A stretch of 64,000 bases of DNA from a virus (Duplodnaviria; Heunggongvirae; Uroviricota; Caudoviricetes), in the IMG/VR virus record IMGVR_UViG_3300031555_010392, positions 1 through 64,000 of that record; one strand, 5' to 3'. Shown here in pieces: positions 1 to 10,570 of this stretch. The number at the start of each line of letters is the position of its first letter. The first letter of the stretch is position 1. A program made the position numbers and the translations under genes. The notes below the pieces were generated by a model. The model was not told the DNA's origin. It searched no databases and was given only the letters and a program-made list of their open reading frames with translations.

Positions 1-2
1 TC

Positions 3-167
3 TTAGCAGCCTCCTTCTGCAAGAGACGCAATAACACACTTCTCGCTTAATATTTTATCATAAAGTCCTTGCTCTATCAATGACGAAAGAAGCTTTAAGA
101 GCGAAGGGGTATTATCATCAAAAATTGTATTGGCTATGTAAACGCAGCCATCTATCTGATAGTTCAT
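3..167 (-). CDS. hypothetical small protein (54 aa)
   Basis: ATG at 167 with GGAGGA RBS upstream on minus strand; stop at 3-5; below ORF-track size cutoff; no motif. Confidence 0.3.
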   Translation of the reverse strand: MNYQIDGCVYIANTIFDDNTPSLLKLLSSLIEQGLYDKILSEKCVIASLAEGGC

Positions 168-212
168 GGCATCCTCCTATATTTGATTTGTTTTTAAGCT
201 ACGCACTTGGCA

Positions 213-249
213 GCGAAAAGAGAACACGGGGCTAAAAAATAACCCCGTG
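213..249 (-). terminator. rho-independent terminator after helicase gene
   Basis: GC hairpin CACGGGG/CCCCGTG (225-231/243-249) followed on the minus RNA by a U-rich run (plus 213-223 A-rich). Confidence 0.5.
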
Positions 250-254
250 TGTGA

Positions 255-2585
255 TTAAATTCTCTTATTTGAGTGAAAGGTACTTTTCAATAGTCCTTCA
301 AGCATTGTCTGCTTAATGGAAATATTTGAGTTAGCAACAGCGAAAGTCATGGCTCTGCTTTCAGCGCATACAATGCACTTCTTTTTCGCGCGGGTAATAG
401 CCGTGTAGAGCCACTCTTTTGTAAGCAACATTCTGCCGCCCATATCAAATCCAACGATGACGTAATTTGCCTCAGAGCCCTGCAGTTTGTGGCAACTTAA
501 TGCATACCCCAATTCGATTTTGGAAAAGTCGCCTGTAGGAATCGCAATATCACCCCATTGATCAAAAGTTACAACGATATAATCAGCACGGGCTATTTTA
601 ATGATTCCTCTGTCGCCATTATAAATGGGGCAAATATCTGTGGTTTCTATTTCGTATCCTTCGTCATCGACGATTGTGGTTTTTTTATAGGGCGGATCAA
701 TTGGGTCGTAACGAATTGCTTGGTACATGTTTTTCGTCACGATAACACGATCATTAACACGAAGAGCATATCCAGTTTCACCTTTATTTTTAGGCTCAAT
801 GCGAATGCTGTCATTCTCATATTTGGAGGGGTTTACCATTTTTTGAATGGCGTTATTTAAGCGATGAGTACAAATTTCTCCTCGCTGTTTCATCGGCACA
901 ACGACTTGGATGTCACAATAGTCAATGCCTGACTCTAAGAGCTCTTGATACTGCTCCAAAATGGTGTCGTGTGAAAGAATGGCATCGCTGTAAATCGCCA
1001 GCTTAAGATCTTCTAGTTCTCCACGAATTTCTGAACCGACCCAGTCTTGCACAATCAACTGCTCCTGATTGCGAACTTTGAGGCTTTCAGTGATAATTGC
1101 TGACTTTGCGGCCTGACGATGGATCTTTGTCAAAAAAGAAACTGGGAGAACACTGGACTCCAGCATATCCTTAAAAATATTGCATAGGCCGATGGATTCA
1201 AGTTGCCCAGGGTCACCAAGCATAATGAGTTTTGCGCCTGTCGGGATAGCTTTAAGAAGATCGAGAAAAATTTCCGCACCTACCATAGAGACTTCATCTA
1301 GAATAACGATTTTTTGACCTAAAGGAAAACTTTCGTTATGGGCAAAGCCTCCTGACGTGTATCCTAATAAGCGATGGATTGTACTACCTTCACGCCCAGT
1401 TACTTCTGTGAGACGAGCGGCAGCTCTGCCGGATAATGCACACTGAGCAAAATCATAACCTTGCAGAATTTTAAGTACGCCAGCAACAACGGAGGATTTA
1501 CCCGTACCAGCAGAGCCAGTAACAATAGCCACATTGTGCTTCATAACGTTATCAATGGCAGCCATTTGCTCCTCGGTAAATTCCCATCCCTGGATTAGCT
1601 CGATTTGTTTTAGCAGTTCTGTCTGAGGGATAGAAGTTTGGGGAGGCAATGGAGTGCCTTCTGAGATACGAAGGAGTTCTTTGGCTATCTGCTCTTCAAT
1701 GTGACGTATTTTAGCCAGAGCGATTTTTTGCTTATCTTCGCTCCACCAAAGCAAATCTTTTTCATGAAGCGAATAAAGACATTCTCTAAAGCGATCCAGA
1801 TAATCCACATTCAAATCAAGGCCTGATAGAGTATTTGTGATTAACCATTGTGGACTTACCCACGTATGGCCTTGTTCAGTGATGCTGTTCAGCTGATAAA
1901 CGATATAAGCTTCAATACGCTTAGGATCATCAAACGTGATGCCTTTTGCCATTGCTATCTGGTCTGCTTTCTTCCATCCAATGCCCTCTACTTCATAAAT
2001 CATGGTATAAGGGTTAATTTTAATGGTAGAGATCATCCGCTCAATATCACCCTTGAAGCGTTTAATGAGTGAATCAATCTGCTCTACGGTGAGATCATAC
2101 TCACTTAATGCAACATATGCCCTGCTCTTGCCAAGGTCTTTAAGAAAATTATCGACCATTCGCTGAGCAGTAACTTTTCCTATACCCTTCACATGACTTA
2201 ATGCGTCTACATTCTGGTTGCGAATGACTTCGTAGGGATTCTTAAAGGCTGCGTAGAGCAATTTTACTTGGCGCTCTGTATAGAGGCTTTCAAGATAAAT
2301 CCGTTGTTGGATAGGACTTGAAAAATCACACTCTTTAGCGAGCGTAGAAATTTGGTATGAATACCCATAAGTATCGTGTGACTCAAGGGTGCCTGTAAAG
2401 GTGTATAGGCCAGAGAAATCAAGATCATACGTTTTGCCTTTGATTTTGATTTCCAAGTTATCATAGGGCTCGCCTTCATGAAGCTCTTCAATTGAAGCGA
2501 TAAAAATGGTCCAATCGCCAGAGCTATAGTACTTTGGATATAGGATTCGTTTTACTTTAATAAGACATTTGATTTGGTCTGTCAA
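255..2585 (-). CDS. RecD/TraA-family SF1 DNA helicase (RecD2-like)
   Basis: Walker A GSAGTGKSS, Walker B ILDEVSM, GDPGQL and HKLQGSE helicase motifs, HhH-like GIGKVTA near N-term; TTG start overlapping upstream stop (TTGA coupling). Confidence 0.8.
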   Translation of the reverse strand: MTDQIKCLIKVKRILYPKYYSSGDWTIFIASIEELHEGEPYDNLEIKIKGKTYDLDFSGLYTFTGTLESHDTYGYSYQISTLAKECDFSSPIQQRIYLESLYTERQVKLLYAAFKNPYEVIRNQNVDALSHVKGIGKVTAQRMVDNFLKDLGKSRAYVALSEYDLTVEQIDSLIKRFKGDIERMISTIKINPYTMIYEVEGIGWKKADQIAMAKGITFDDPKRIEAYIVYQLNSITEQGHTWVSPQWLITNTLSGLDLNVDYLDRFRECLYSLHEKDLLWWSEDKQKIALAKIRHIEEQIAKELLRISEGTPLPPQTSIPQTELLKQIELIQGWEFTEEQMAAIDNVMKHNVAIVTGSAGTGKSSVVAGVLKILQGYDFAQCALSGRAAARLTEVTGREGSTIHRLLGYTSGGFAHNESFPLGQKIVILDEVSMVGAEIFLDLLKAIPTGAKLIMLGDPGQLESIGLCNIFKDMLESSVLPVSFLTKIHRQAAKSAIITESLKVRNQEQLIVQDWVGSEIRGELEDLKLAIYSDAILSHDTILEQYQELLESGIDYCDIQVVVPMKQRGEICTHRLNNAIQKMVNPSKYENDSIRIEPKNKGETGYALRVNDRVIVTKNMYQAIRYDPIDPPYKKTTIVDDEGYEIETTDICPIYNGDRGIIKIARADYIVVTFDQWGDIAIPTGDFSKIELGYALSCHKLQGSEANYVIVGFDMGGRMLLTKEWLYTAITRAKKKCIVCAESRAMTFAVANSNISIKQTMLEGLLKSTFHSNKRI

Positions 2586-5500
2586 TTGGAAACACTTGTC
2601 CTTTCGGTAATTAACTCCAGAGAACCATTGGGGTACACTTCATCGATTAGACAGACAGTGTGGCTAAAAATCGAGTCTGAATATTTCTTGGGGAAAAAAT
2701 TATCTCCGCGGCGAATGCCCGTAAGTAAGAGCTTTGTGCCACGAGTAAACCAAGATTTTTCAAGAATAGACTTGTCGCCTTCTTCGTTTACCGCAGAGAT
2801 CTGGCGGTTGTAATGCGCATAAGATCCCGCATAGAACTTAACTGTGACAACCCCATCGGGCGTTAAAAGTGTGACCGTATGCTTGTTATTATTTCTATCA
2901 AGCACTGTACCGATAATCCTGAAGAGGCGATAACGATTCCAAGTAAGATCTTCGCCAGTTTTGCGATCTGTTCGTTTTTCAACGGCTTCAACAATAGGGT
3001 CTTCAGGAAGTGAGGCAAAATTGGTAATTTGATAGGCTGAGCGATCTACGCCATCTAATTCATGTTTGGTGTAATAAAAAGACAAGCTGTCCATTTCCCA
3101 TTTTGCTTCATCACCACCGCAGTATTTTGCAAACTGCTCATTGATAAATCCTTCACGCATACGCTGATTAAAGGCAGACAATGTCGAGGGCGATTTGATC
3201 CAAGCGGTCATTTCTTCCGCAATGGATTTAAAGTGCTTTTCAAATTTTGCGTGGTATAAAACAGGGGTATCGTCATCATAAAAATAATCGACGCCCTCTG
3301 ACATAAATTTGAAAAGTTCGTTTTCAAAAAAGATTTGAGCCGTTTGGTCTAAACGGTAAGCCTTGGGTTTATTGGAGTATAGGAATTTTGGCTTGCAGAC
3401 GTAGCTTCTGAAATGCACCAAACGTTTTGCAAAATCAAATTTCTCTGGGAGGAAATTATTTAGACCAATTATGGCTGCAAAATTTTTGAAGTCTAAGCTC
3501 TTTTTATCTTCAACTTTCTGATGAGCAAGATAATTCATAAGCTCTAACATTTCTTCTGAGCGAGATTTTCCGCTAAGAGACTGAAAGCATCCGCCCTTCA
3601 CCAAAGTAATAAGAGCCGCCATTTTGATTTCAGGGTTTCTGGAGCAAAAATCTGTGATACTTGTATAGGGTCTACGTTCAATTATTTGCTTAACAATGTC
3701 ATCGCCTATGCCAACCATGCCTTTGAGACCAAAAATAATACGGTTATTAATGGCATCTGGCGTGAATCCGAAGCCACCGTGGTTGATATCAGGAAGAGCG
3801 ATCTGTACGCCCTGAGACTGCATATTGCCTATAGCGGAAGCGACTTTGCCATAGTTTGTGGATTTGTTATCGTCGTTATCTTCATTGGCGGAGGCATTGA
3901 CTGTGAGACATGCGGTTTGCCAATAAATATGCGGATAATGATGGAAGAGGTTCATTTCTTGAAGAGCAATGCAACTATAGGGGAGCGTATGATTTGAGGA
4001 GAATGAATACCCCAACTGAGGCGTCACATCGTATTTCCAAACATAATCAAGAAATTCTTTTCTTGTGCCAAGCTCAGCACCCTTCTTATAGAACAGCTCT
4101 TTGCTTTCAGTAACGAGCTTGGGCTTTTTCTTTGCAACGGCTTTACGGATCTTGTTAGCTTCTTGCATGGTGAAACCAGAAATTCGTGGGTCCATGCACA
4201 GCCGCATCAAATCCTCTTGCTCAATGGAACAAAGATAGTTTTCAGAAAGAATATCTTCAATAACTGCCATCTCATTTTCCGTTAGGCCAGCATCAACCAT
4301 TTCTTTTCTTCGCAATTCCGGGCTCTTCTTCATCATGACAAAATGATCAATAGGCACCATTACGTCATTACCCATAAGCCTCATCACGGAGTTGGTAAGG
4401 GAAAGCTCCTTCAGAGATTGAGGACGAACTTTTTTGATCGCTTCGCTCCCGACTGGAGTGTCCATTTGGAAAAGGTTATAAACCTTACCATCACTGGCTT
4501 CAGCCCACATATCAGGCGAATCATAATCCAATACATCTGGGTGGATATATTTATCATATGTCTTTTTAAGAGAGCCTTGCCATTCGATCTTTTTATCTTT
4601 CAACAGAAGTTCCAGACAAATCTGGATTTTATCGCAGCCTTCTACAGTTAGAAAGTCTTCTTTAAGGCCGGAGCAGGCTTCGCTGTCGCCCATATCCCAA
4701 GCGGTACAATCAAGCCCTTGAGGGGATTTCATGAGGCTGTTGTGCTCAATGTAAGGGGCGTTGTAAATAAACACAGAGCTTGCATGGATACCGCGTCCAG
4801 AAACAAGGCCTTCGATTTCTGCAATGGTTTCCATGAGCGAGGGATAGGCAGAAATACGATTGATCAATTCTTTAACAGGCTGATGCCCATTATCTTCAGT
4901 GCCCTCCTTACACTCTTTAAGCGTCCAAACTTTACCGCGGGTGATGGGGACAAGAGAGGAGAGCTCAGTTGCAATATCACTGTCGATATCCAAACCGCGG
5001 CAAGCAGTTTTGATTGCTGACTTCGTGGCTTCAGTCCTAAAAGTGATGGTATTTAAGCAACGATCTGCGCCAAAAACATACTTTACACGCTCTAAAATGG
5101 CCTCGCGTCTACTGGCGCACGAATCCAGGTCAACATCGGGGCAGTCTGGACGTGAAGCATGCAGATGCCTCCACGGAACCGTGCCCCATTTAATAGGATC
5201 AAGCTGGGTAATAGACATGAGATATCCTAAATACCAACCTCCCACAGAACCTCTTGCAACGCCTACAACGCTTTCATTATCAGGACGTCCGGGAGGAGTA
5301 AAAGCGCCGTTTTCATTCCACATGATTTGGACAATGAGCTGCGTGAGATTGTAATATGCGCTCATAGGTTGCCCAAGACGTTCAGAGACGCCCCATAGCT
5401 GTTCTAACTCATAATTAATGCGAGATAGATGAAGATCATCAAACGGGGCTTCTTTCTCCACCATTCCAATTTCAAGCTGCTTCATGAGCCAGAGATCCTG

Positions 5501-6532
5501 TGCCTCTGGACTGGAATAGTATTTATGGATATAAGGATATAATTCAGGATTCACATCCAAAGAACGATTTACGATAAACGGTTCCAATTTGCGTTGAGGA
5601 ACAATGGTGGGGTGAAACAGCCCATAATCCCCGGCATTTTTGCACATATCGGCAATCGCTAGAGTATTTAGAAAACCTGTCTCGATATCCTCAAGCGCCA
5701 AATCATCCTTCATGCGCTCAATCATTTCATCCGGCGTTTTAAGATAGGTGCTTTCATAAAAATCACCAGCTTCACGCTCTTCCTCGTGAGATTTCAAATA
5801 ATTCTCATGTAGGACACGCTTATCTTTTGACAAATAGTGGGCGTCATTTGTGATGATCCATTTAAGATCAAAATGCTTACAGAACTTAATTGCTCTGGTA
5901 TTAAACAATCTTTGGTCATCCGTGAGGCCAGGCTGAAGTTCAACAAAGAAGTTTTCTTTTCCAAACTGAGTCTGGCACCATGATACGAATTCATAGGCCC
6001 CCTTTACATCTCCCGCAAGGGTAAGCTTATCAAATTCTCCACCCAGACATGCTGTACTTGCCACAAGATGGCCGGGGTTTTTACCTACGATTTCTTCGAT
6101 ATCAGAATAAAAGGTTGGGAGCCTTTCGACGCCTTTGAAGGAATAACATCTACCCCAAGCTCTTGAAGAAAGCAATCGAAGTTGTCTATGTCCAATGGCA
6201 TCTTTGGCCAAAAGAACAAAATGATAAAAATGCCCACTTTCTATTGGGAAATATGTTTTTCCATTATCAGCGGTATATGGGTCACAATCATGGCAAAGAT
6301 AAATCTCATTCCCCAGTATCAATTGAAAATCAGGATTTGTTTTATGGATTTCTTTTAGGCAATTCAGAGCTTTGATATGGCCTGAAAGGCATTCGTGATC
6401 TGTGATAGAGATACCATGCAGCCCGATTTGAGCTGCATGGTTGATAAGTGCGCTTGTTTTATTGATACAATCAACAAGGTGGGTATTTGAATATTCTGTA
6501 TGAGCATGATGCTCGTGAAAGCGCTTATTCAT
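2582..6532 (-). CDS. dnaE: DnaE/PolC-family replicative DNA polymerase (PHP domain + Pol III alpha core), ~1316 aa
   Basis: N-terminal PHP motif HxHxEYSxxD...ITDH..L.G...GNE right after start; length ~1300 aa; start re-called to MNKRF (6532) 5 nt after a GAGGAGGA RBS; ORF-track N-extension has no RBS. Confidence 0.7.
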   Translation of the reverse strand: MNKRFHEHHAHTEYSNTHLVDCINKTSALINHAAQIGLHGISITDHECLSGHIKALNCLKEIHKTNPDFQLILGNEIYLCHDCDPYTADNGKTYFPIESGHFYHFVLLAKDAIGHRQLRLLSSRAWGRCYSFKGVERLPTFYSDIEEIVGKNPGHLVASTACLGGEFDKLTLAGDVKGAYEFVSWCQTQFGKENFFVELQPGLTDDQRLFNTRAIKFCKHFDLKWIITNDAHYLSKDKRVLHENYLKSHEEEREAGDFYESTYLKTPDEMIERMKDDLALEDIETGFLNTLAIADMCKNAGDYGLFHPTIVPQRKLEPFIVNRSLDVNPELYPYIHKYYSSPEAQDLWLMKQLEIGMVEKEAPFDDLHLSRINYELEQLWGVSERLGQPMSAYYNLTQLIVQIMWNENGAFTPPGRPDNESVVGVARGSVGGWYLGYLMSITQLDPIKWGTVPWRHLHASRPDCPDVDLDSCASRREAILERVKYVFGADRCLNTITFRTEATKSAIKTACRGLDIDSDIATELSSLVPITRGKVWTLKECKEGTEDNGHQPVKELINRISAYPSLMETIAEIEGLVSGRGIHASSVFIYNAPYIEHNSLMKSPQGLDCTAWDMGDSEACSGLKEDFLTVEGCDKIQICLELLLKDKKIEWQGSLKKTYDKYIHPDVLDYDSPDMWAEASDGKVYNLFQMDTPVGSEAIKKVRPQSLKELSLTNSVMRLMGNDVMVPIDHFVMMKKSPELRRKEMVDAGLTENEMAVIEDILSENYLCSIEQEDLMRLCMDPRISGFTMQEANKIRKAVAKKKPKLVTESKELFYKKGAELGTRKEFLDYVWKYDVTPQLGYSFSSNHTLPYSCIALQEMNLFHHYPHIYWQTACLTVNASANEDNDDNKSTNYGKVASAIGNMQSQGVQIALPDINHGGFGFTPDAINNRIIFGLKGMVGIGDDIVKQIIERRPYTSITDFCSRNPEIKMAALITLVKGGCFQSLSGKSRSEEMLELMNYLAHQKVEDKKSLDFKNFAAIIGLNNFLPEKFDFAKRLVHFRSYVCKPKFLYSNKPKAYRLDQTAQIFFENELFKFMSEGVDYFYDDDTPVLYHAKFEKHFKSIAEEMTAWIKSPSTLSAFNQRMREGFINEQFAKYCGGDEAKWEMDSLSFYYTKHELDGVDRSAYQITNFASLPEDPIVEAVEKRTDRKTGEDLTWNRYRLFRIIGTVLDRNNNKHTVTLLTPDGVVTVKFYAGSYAHYNRQISAVNEEGDKSILEKSWFTRGTKLLLTGIRRGDNFFPKKYSDSIFSHTVCLIDEVYPNGSLELITERTSVSN

Positions 6533-6782
6533 CGTCATCCTCCTCATGCTTGTCAAGCATTTCCTCGGCAACGCTGACAACGGAGGAATCGAAGAACCAA
6601 TGAATGACTGTATGCACAGCCAAACCTGTGCCAAACATACAGCATGCCACTCTCGTGAGCTCGGTTAAACATAAGATGGGGAATGCGGCAACAACACAAA
6701 TGCCGCAAATGATATCAAGAATGAAAACGAGACTGAGAAGTATTCCGATAGGGATCACTCCTTTTGATTGGCGTCTTGACAA
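6525..6782 (-). CDS. hypothetical small hydrophobic/membrane protein; start uncertain (TTG or internal)
   Basis: two hydrophobic stretches, acidic C-tail EEDDDE; stop overlaps polymerase start; no convincing RBS. Confidence 0.3.
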   Translation of the reverse strand: MSRRQSKGVIPIGILLSLVFILDIICGICVVAAFPILCLTELTRVACCMFGTGLAVHTVIHWFFDSSVVSVAEEMLDKHEEDDDE

Positions 6783-6946
6783 ATCAAATGAATTTTTTCA
6801 ATCAGAAGCTGTTCTTCTGCCGCAGAATATCGTTCTTCTCCGTTGTTTGCCACTCGTTCTGCCTGGATAGCTTTAATGAGAATATCCTGCATAGAACGAA
6901 TGGGGGAGATTTTGGTGCACTTACTTTCATTGTTGGCTTTACTCAT
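6755..6946 (-). CDS. hypothetical protein (63 aa)
   Basis: ORF in co-directional array; second ATG chosen for RBS spacing (GAAAGG). Confidence 0.35.
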   Translation of the reverse strand: MSKANNESKCTKISPIRSMQDILIKAIQAERVANNGEERYSAAEEQLLIEKIHLICQDANQKE

Positions 6947-6962
6947 AATATCCATCCTTTCT

Positions 6963-7193
6963 TTATTCGCAAAAACTTGAGTTACAAAAAGGACAATGGG
7001 TTATGTGCTGATTTCCAGCTTGAGTAATTGTGTAACCAACTAAGTTAGTTCGCCATTGAAGATATATATTCATGCCGCACCGCCAACATAGCCCTGTTAC
7101 AGGAGCAAAAAGAGGAAGGTTGTTGCGGTCGCAGTACAACTGCTGACGTTTGGAAGCTGTTTTGGGATCAAACTCTACCAAATGAATCACCAC
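6963..7193 (-). CDS. hypothetical Cys-rich protein (zinc-finger-like CxxC...HCPFC)
   Basis: C..C and H.C..C pairs; AGGTGG SD-like sequence; start ambiguous (GTG/TTG). Confidence 0.35.
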   Translation of the reverse strand: MVIHLVEFDPKTASKRQQLYCDRNNLPLFAPVTGLCWRCGMNIYLQWRTNLVGYTITQAGNQHITHCPFCNSSFCE

Positions 7194-8080
7194 CTAAAAG
7201 AAGCAATGACTTCTTGTTCTATCATGCTGGCGTCTTTGGTATCGGGATCCCATTCTTTGTTTGTGGCAAATGTTTTATTCGTAGGCGTCCAGAGGGAATA
7301 ATATGGGCAATAGTGCCTGAATTCTGGCTTGGCGTTGGGGTTTTGTGCGCAATATGGGCACCAATAGCATAGCGGTGTTGGAGAGGGCTCCCACGTATCT
7401 GAAGAAGTACATTCTTCAATGCTATCTAAGAGCTTATTCAACTTCTTTTCAGCTCGGCTAAGCCATCCTTTTGTGCCTCCCAGTCGCTGTTCACCAAGCA
7501 AAACAAAATCATACATATATTCGATGATTTCCATTTTGGGGTAAAGCTTTTGGCAGGCTAAATGGTAAATGTAAAGCTGAAGAGGAGTGGTAAGTTTTTT
7601 GGAATCATAAACAGCCTTAGAGGATTTATAATCCACGATGCGGAGCTGATCGTTATGGTTTTTTTGAACTTTATCGATCAGTCCGCGGATCCGAATGCCC
7701 GGTCTGATATCAAATTCAAATGGGACTTCAACACCTACGGTCGTCCATTCTGTGTCGTGTTCCTCATCTGGGAGATGCTCAAAGAAAATTTTAAGCTTCT
7801 GATCATAAGTAAGACCCGATTTGGTATCTGGAGCGATCCAGTCATCAAAGAACTTGATTTTGAGCTTGTCAACGCTTAAAATCACCTCTTTTTTGGCCTT
7901 TTCGCCTTCGTTGGACGCCTTATCTATGCCCTCCCAACCAGAGTGAAGGGTGATATCTTCAAGGGCTTTATAATCCGGTTTTTGGCCATTTAAGATAGCC
8001 TGTGAGCATAGTTCTTTGACTTTGTGAAGGAGATTGCCCATGGACAAAGCGAGCGTATCTTCTTCTGGATAATGTTGCAA
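7187..8080 (-). CDS. PD-(D/E)XK nuclease, Cas4/RecB-family exonuclease-like with C-terminal Cys cluster
   Basis: motifs GLIDKV (D), IVDYKSSK (D/E-x-K), QLYIYHLA (QxxxY), C-terminal CYWCPYC...C cluster typical of Fe-S Cas4/AddB nucleases. Confidence 0.65.
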   Translation of the reverse strand: MQHYPEEDTLALSMGNLLHKVKELCSQAILNGQKPDYKALEDITLHSGWEGIDKASNEGEKAKKEVILSVDKLKIKFFDDWIAPDTKSGLTYDQKLKIFFEHLPDEEHDTEWTTVGVEVPFEFDIRPGIRIRGLIDKVQKNHNDQLRIVDYKSSKAVYDSKKLTTPLQLYIYHLACQKLYPKMEIIEYMYDFVLLGEQRLGGTKGWLSRAEKKLNKLLDSIEECTSSDTWEPSPTPLCYWCPYCAQNPNAKPEFRHYCPYYSLWTPTNKTFATNKEWDPDTKDASMIEQEVIASFRW

Positions 8081-8190
8081 AATGTATTTGTGATAAAAAC
8101 TGAATGGACAGTTTTCAAATTGCGACAGCGCTGTATATGAATAGCGCTTTACCTTTAGTTCAACTTCACTTATGAAGGATCACCACCTTT

Positions 8191-8577
8191 TTAACCAGCG
8201 AGAATAACAGCGAAAGTAACGGCAATCTGGATCAGATGAGCAACCTGATCCTGCCAAAGATTAATGCAATGCTTATTGGCTTTCAGATCATCCACAATAA
8301 AGTGAATCAGTGTATTGATAATAAAGCCAACTACGAATAAGATGCCAACATCGCAATACACATATAAAGCAAGCGGGAGCATGATCATGAATGACCAGCT
8401 AAGGCTGTGCATCCACAGTGCCATAAGGTAGTCATTTTTATACAGGGAATCTGGCGCGTTTTTAACCCACCAGTCTTTCTGCTTCATCTGGGCAAGAACG
8501 CCCTGAAGAACATAGTCATCCAGCACATGCATGAAAACCATGCTCAAAAACACGAAAGGCAGACTAGGCATCATCAT
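8191..8577 (-). CDS. small integral membrane protein (DUF3307-like)
   Basis: 3-4 TM segments, HVLDDYVLQ motif; AAGGAGG RBS 10 nt upstream of MMMPSLP. Confidence 0.5.
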   Translation of the reverse strand: MMMPSLPFVFLSMVFMHVLDDYVLQGVLAQMKQKDWWVKNAPDSLYKNDYLMALWMHSLSWSFMIMLPLALYVYCDVGILFVVGFIINTLIHFIVDDLKANKHCINLWQDQVAHLIQIAVTFAVILAG

Positions 8578-9908
8578 GAATAGCTGACCTCCTTGCCCGT
8601 TTCACGCAATTCCTTAAAGACAGGGAAACGCAAGGATAGATTGCCATCGACATCATGGGTTTCCTCAAAATACTGGACAGAGATCACGCGGCCAATAAGC
8701 TCATCGCGCATTTCCCAAAAACGAATTCGGTCAGTATAAGTATAGCCAGAACCAACACCAAGCTTATTGCCCTTATAATCCACGATAAAGGCACCAAGCT
8801 TACCAGTATTCGCGCCTTTACCTTCTTCATAGCCAATGATTTTCAAATCGCAATCCTGCATGACTTTAACCTTGAGAAGATTCTTGGTACGTTTACATTC
8901 ATAAGGAGCGCCATTGATGTTGATCATGATACCTTCTTGATTAACTTTTCTTGCTTGTTCAAGAAAAACCATGATTTGGTCAGTATCATAGCCTGCGTAA
9001 AGCACAGGAAGTACACGCAAGTGTTCAAAATCCGTAGCACATTCGAGAACCATTCTTCGATTTATATAAGGCTGGTCACATCTGCCAAATTGGAAATCTT
9101 CTAAGGGAAGGATGTCGAAAACATGATAAGTAACGCCATGCTTTTCACCTTTGGAGCGGACAACTTTTGTGGTTCGCTTATAACCCTCAGCGCTTGTGAG
9201 TTCATGAGCGTTATCAACAAGCAGCTCTCCATCCAGCACCCATCCATCCTCATCGTTTTTAAACCACTCGCGCATATCTGCTTCAATTTCGACAAGGCCT
9301 TCAATAGGCTGGCCCTGACGGGAGTAAAAAGTCACTTTGCCATTATTATAAATGCCAAGGCAGCGAATGCCGTCCAGCTTTTGTGTGAGCGTAAAAGACT
9401 TGTCCATCATCACAAACTCAGGATGTTCAAAATACTTCTCTGCAAGCATGCAGCCAAAAGTAGGAATGAAGTTTTTACCATAGACCTTATTAAGAGTCGT
9501 GGCAGTAACACCAATCTTGCAGTCCTTGCACATGAACTGACCAAGGAAGTCTGCAAGTTCTGAGTTAATCAGACGGATTTGGCTAATAATTGCCTGTAAA
9601 TCTGCAATCATAAGATTTGTTGCTGCAGGGGCTTTCTTGAAATAGGAACATAGAGCCCATAGATCTGGCAAATACGTTCTTGAGCAAAATTTGTCTGTTA
9701 ATACTACAGATTTATTCAACTTTGCAGTGCTTAGGCCATAAATGATATAAGGATTATATTGCTGGTAAAGGGCCTCTTTTACTGACCCATCAAGAGCATC
9801 GCGATAATTAGCGAGAACAGCGAGCTTTTCTTTGCCTGTTGCAGAAGCGATTTTTTCAAAAGCTTCTTTAATATGGAGGAGTTCTTCAATAGCCGCTTGA
9901 TTAAACAT
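8574..9908 (-). CDS. ATP-dependent DNA ligase
   Basis: motif I KLDGIRC (KxDGxR), motif III WVLDGELLV, motif IV EGIMIN, motif V LLKVKV; start re-called to MFNQ (9908) with GGAGGG RBS 8 nt upstream. Confidence 0.85.
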   Translation of the reverse strand: MFNQAAIEELLHIKEAFEKIASATGKEKLAVLANYRDALDGSVKEALYQQYNPYIIYGLSTAKLNKSVVLTDKFCSRTYLPDLWALCSYFKKAPAATNLMIADLQAIISQIRLINSELADFLGQFMCKDCKIGVTATTLNKVYGKNFIPTFGCMLAEKYFEHPEFVMMDKSFTLTQKLDGIRCLGIYNNGKVTFYSRQGQPIEGLVEIEADMREWFKNDEDGWVLDGELLVDNAHELTSAEGYKRTTKVVRSKGEKHGVTYHVFDILPLEDFQFGRCDQPYINRRMVLECATDFEHLRVLPVLYAGYDTDQIMVFLEQARKVNQEGIMININGAPYECKRTKNLLKVKVMQDCDLKIIGYEEGKGANTGKLGAFIVDYKGNKLGVGSGYTYTDRIRFWEMRDELIGRVISVQYFEETHDVDGNLSLRFPVFKELRETGKEVSYS

Positions 9909-10566
9909 TGACAACGCCCTCCAATGCCTTGAAATTAAACTCCAGCATTTTTCGACTTGCCAGATGATCCGCCAAATGGACAAGCTTACAAAGCCAATCG
10001 CCCATTGTTGGGTTGGGTAAAATAAGAGAGCTATGCTTTGAAACCGTCCATCTGCCCATATGAGTGATAACCGCATTTGCCGCTGATTCAATAATCATAG
10101 CGGCTTCAGACGGTAAAAGCGTATTATGCAGCTCTCTATATTTCTGAAGCGCTGTCAAAAGAAAATCTGAAGCGAGAAGAGGATGCTCGTGAACAGTGTG
10201 GTTGTTAGGCGGGAGCTCAGATGACGAGGAATCAGGTGGGCCAGATTTAAAGCAATCATGTACAAGAAGCGCCAGCAATCCAGCGTCTGTAAAATCTGTG
10301 TTTACTACCATGCAGTCCTGCTGATACCACGAGGTAACACCGGGGGAAACAAATGAATAAAAGATATTCATAGCGGCTCTTGTGTGGCGGATAAGGCCAC
10401 CTTCACCAAGAGCATAGGATGGATGGTATTTCCCAGAAGAAGACGCAGGAATATGAAAGAAGTACTCCGGCATATTCTCTAGACAAAAAAGAGCGAAGTT
10501 ATAAACATCCCCATTTAAAATCAAATTGACTTCAGGGAATAAAGCGATTCTTTCATCAGGTGTCAA
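9901..10566 (-). CDS. HD-domain phosphohydrolase
   Basis: LVHDCFK (HD) plus conserved H...H...D (HLADHLAS); TTG start after GAGGTGA. Confidence 0.55.
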   Translation of the reverse strand: MTPDERIALFPEVNLILNGDVYNFALFCLENMPEYFFHIPASSSGKYHPSYALGEGGLIRHTRAAMNIFYSFVSPGVTSWYQQDCMVVNTDFTDAGLLALLVHDCFKSGPPDSSSSELPPNNHTVHEHPLLASDFLLTALQKYRELHNTLLPSEAAMIIESAANAVITHMGRWTVSKHSSLILPNPTMGDWLCKLVHLADHLASRKMLEFNFKALEGVVNV

Positions 10567-10570
10567 AACA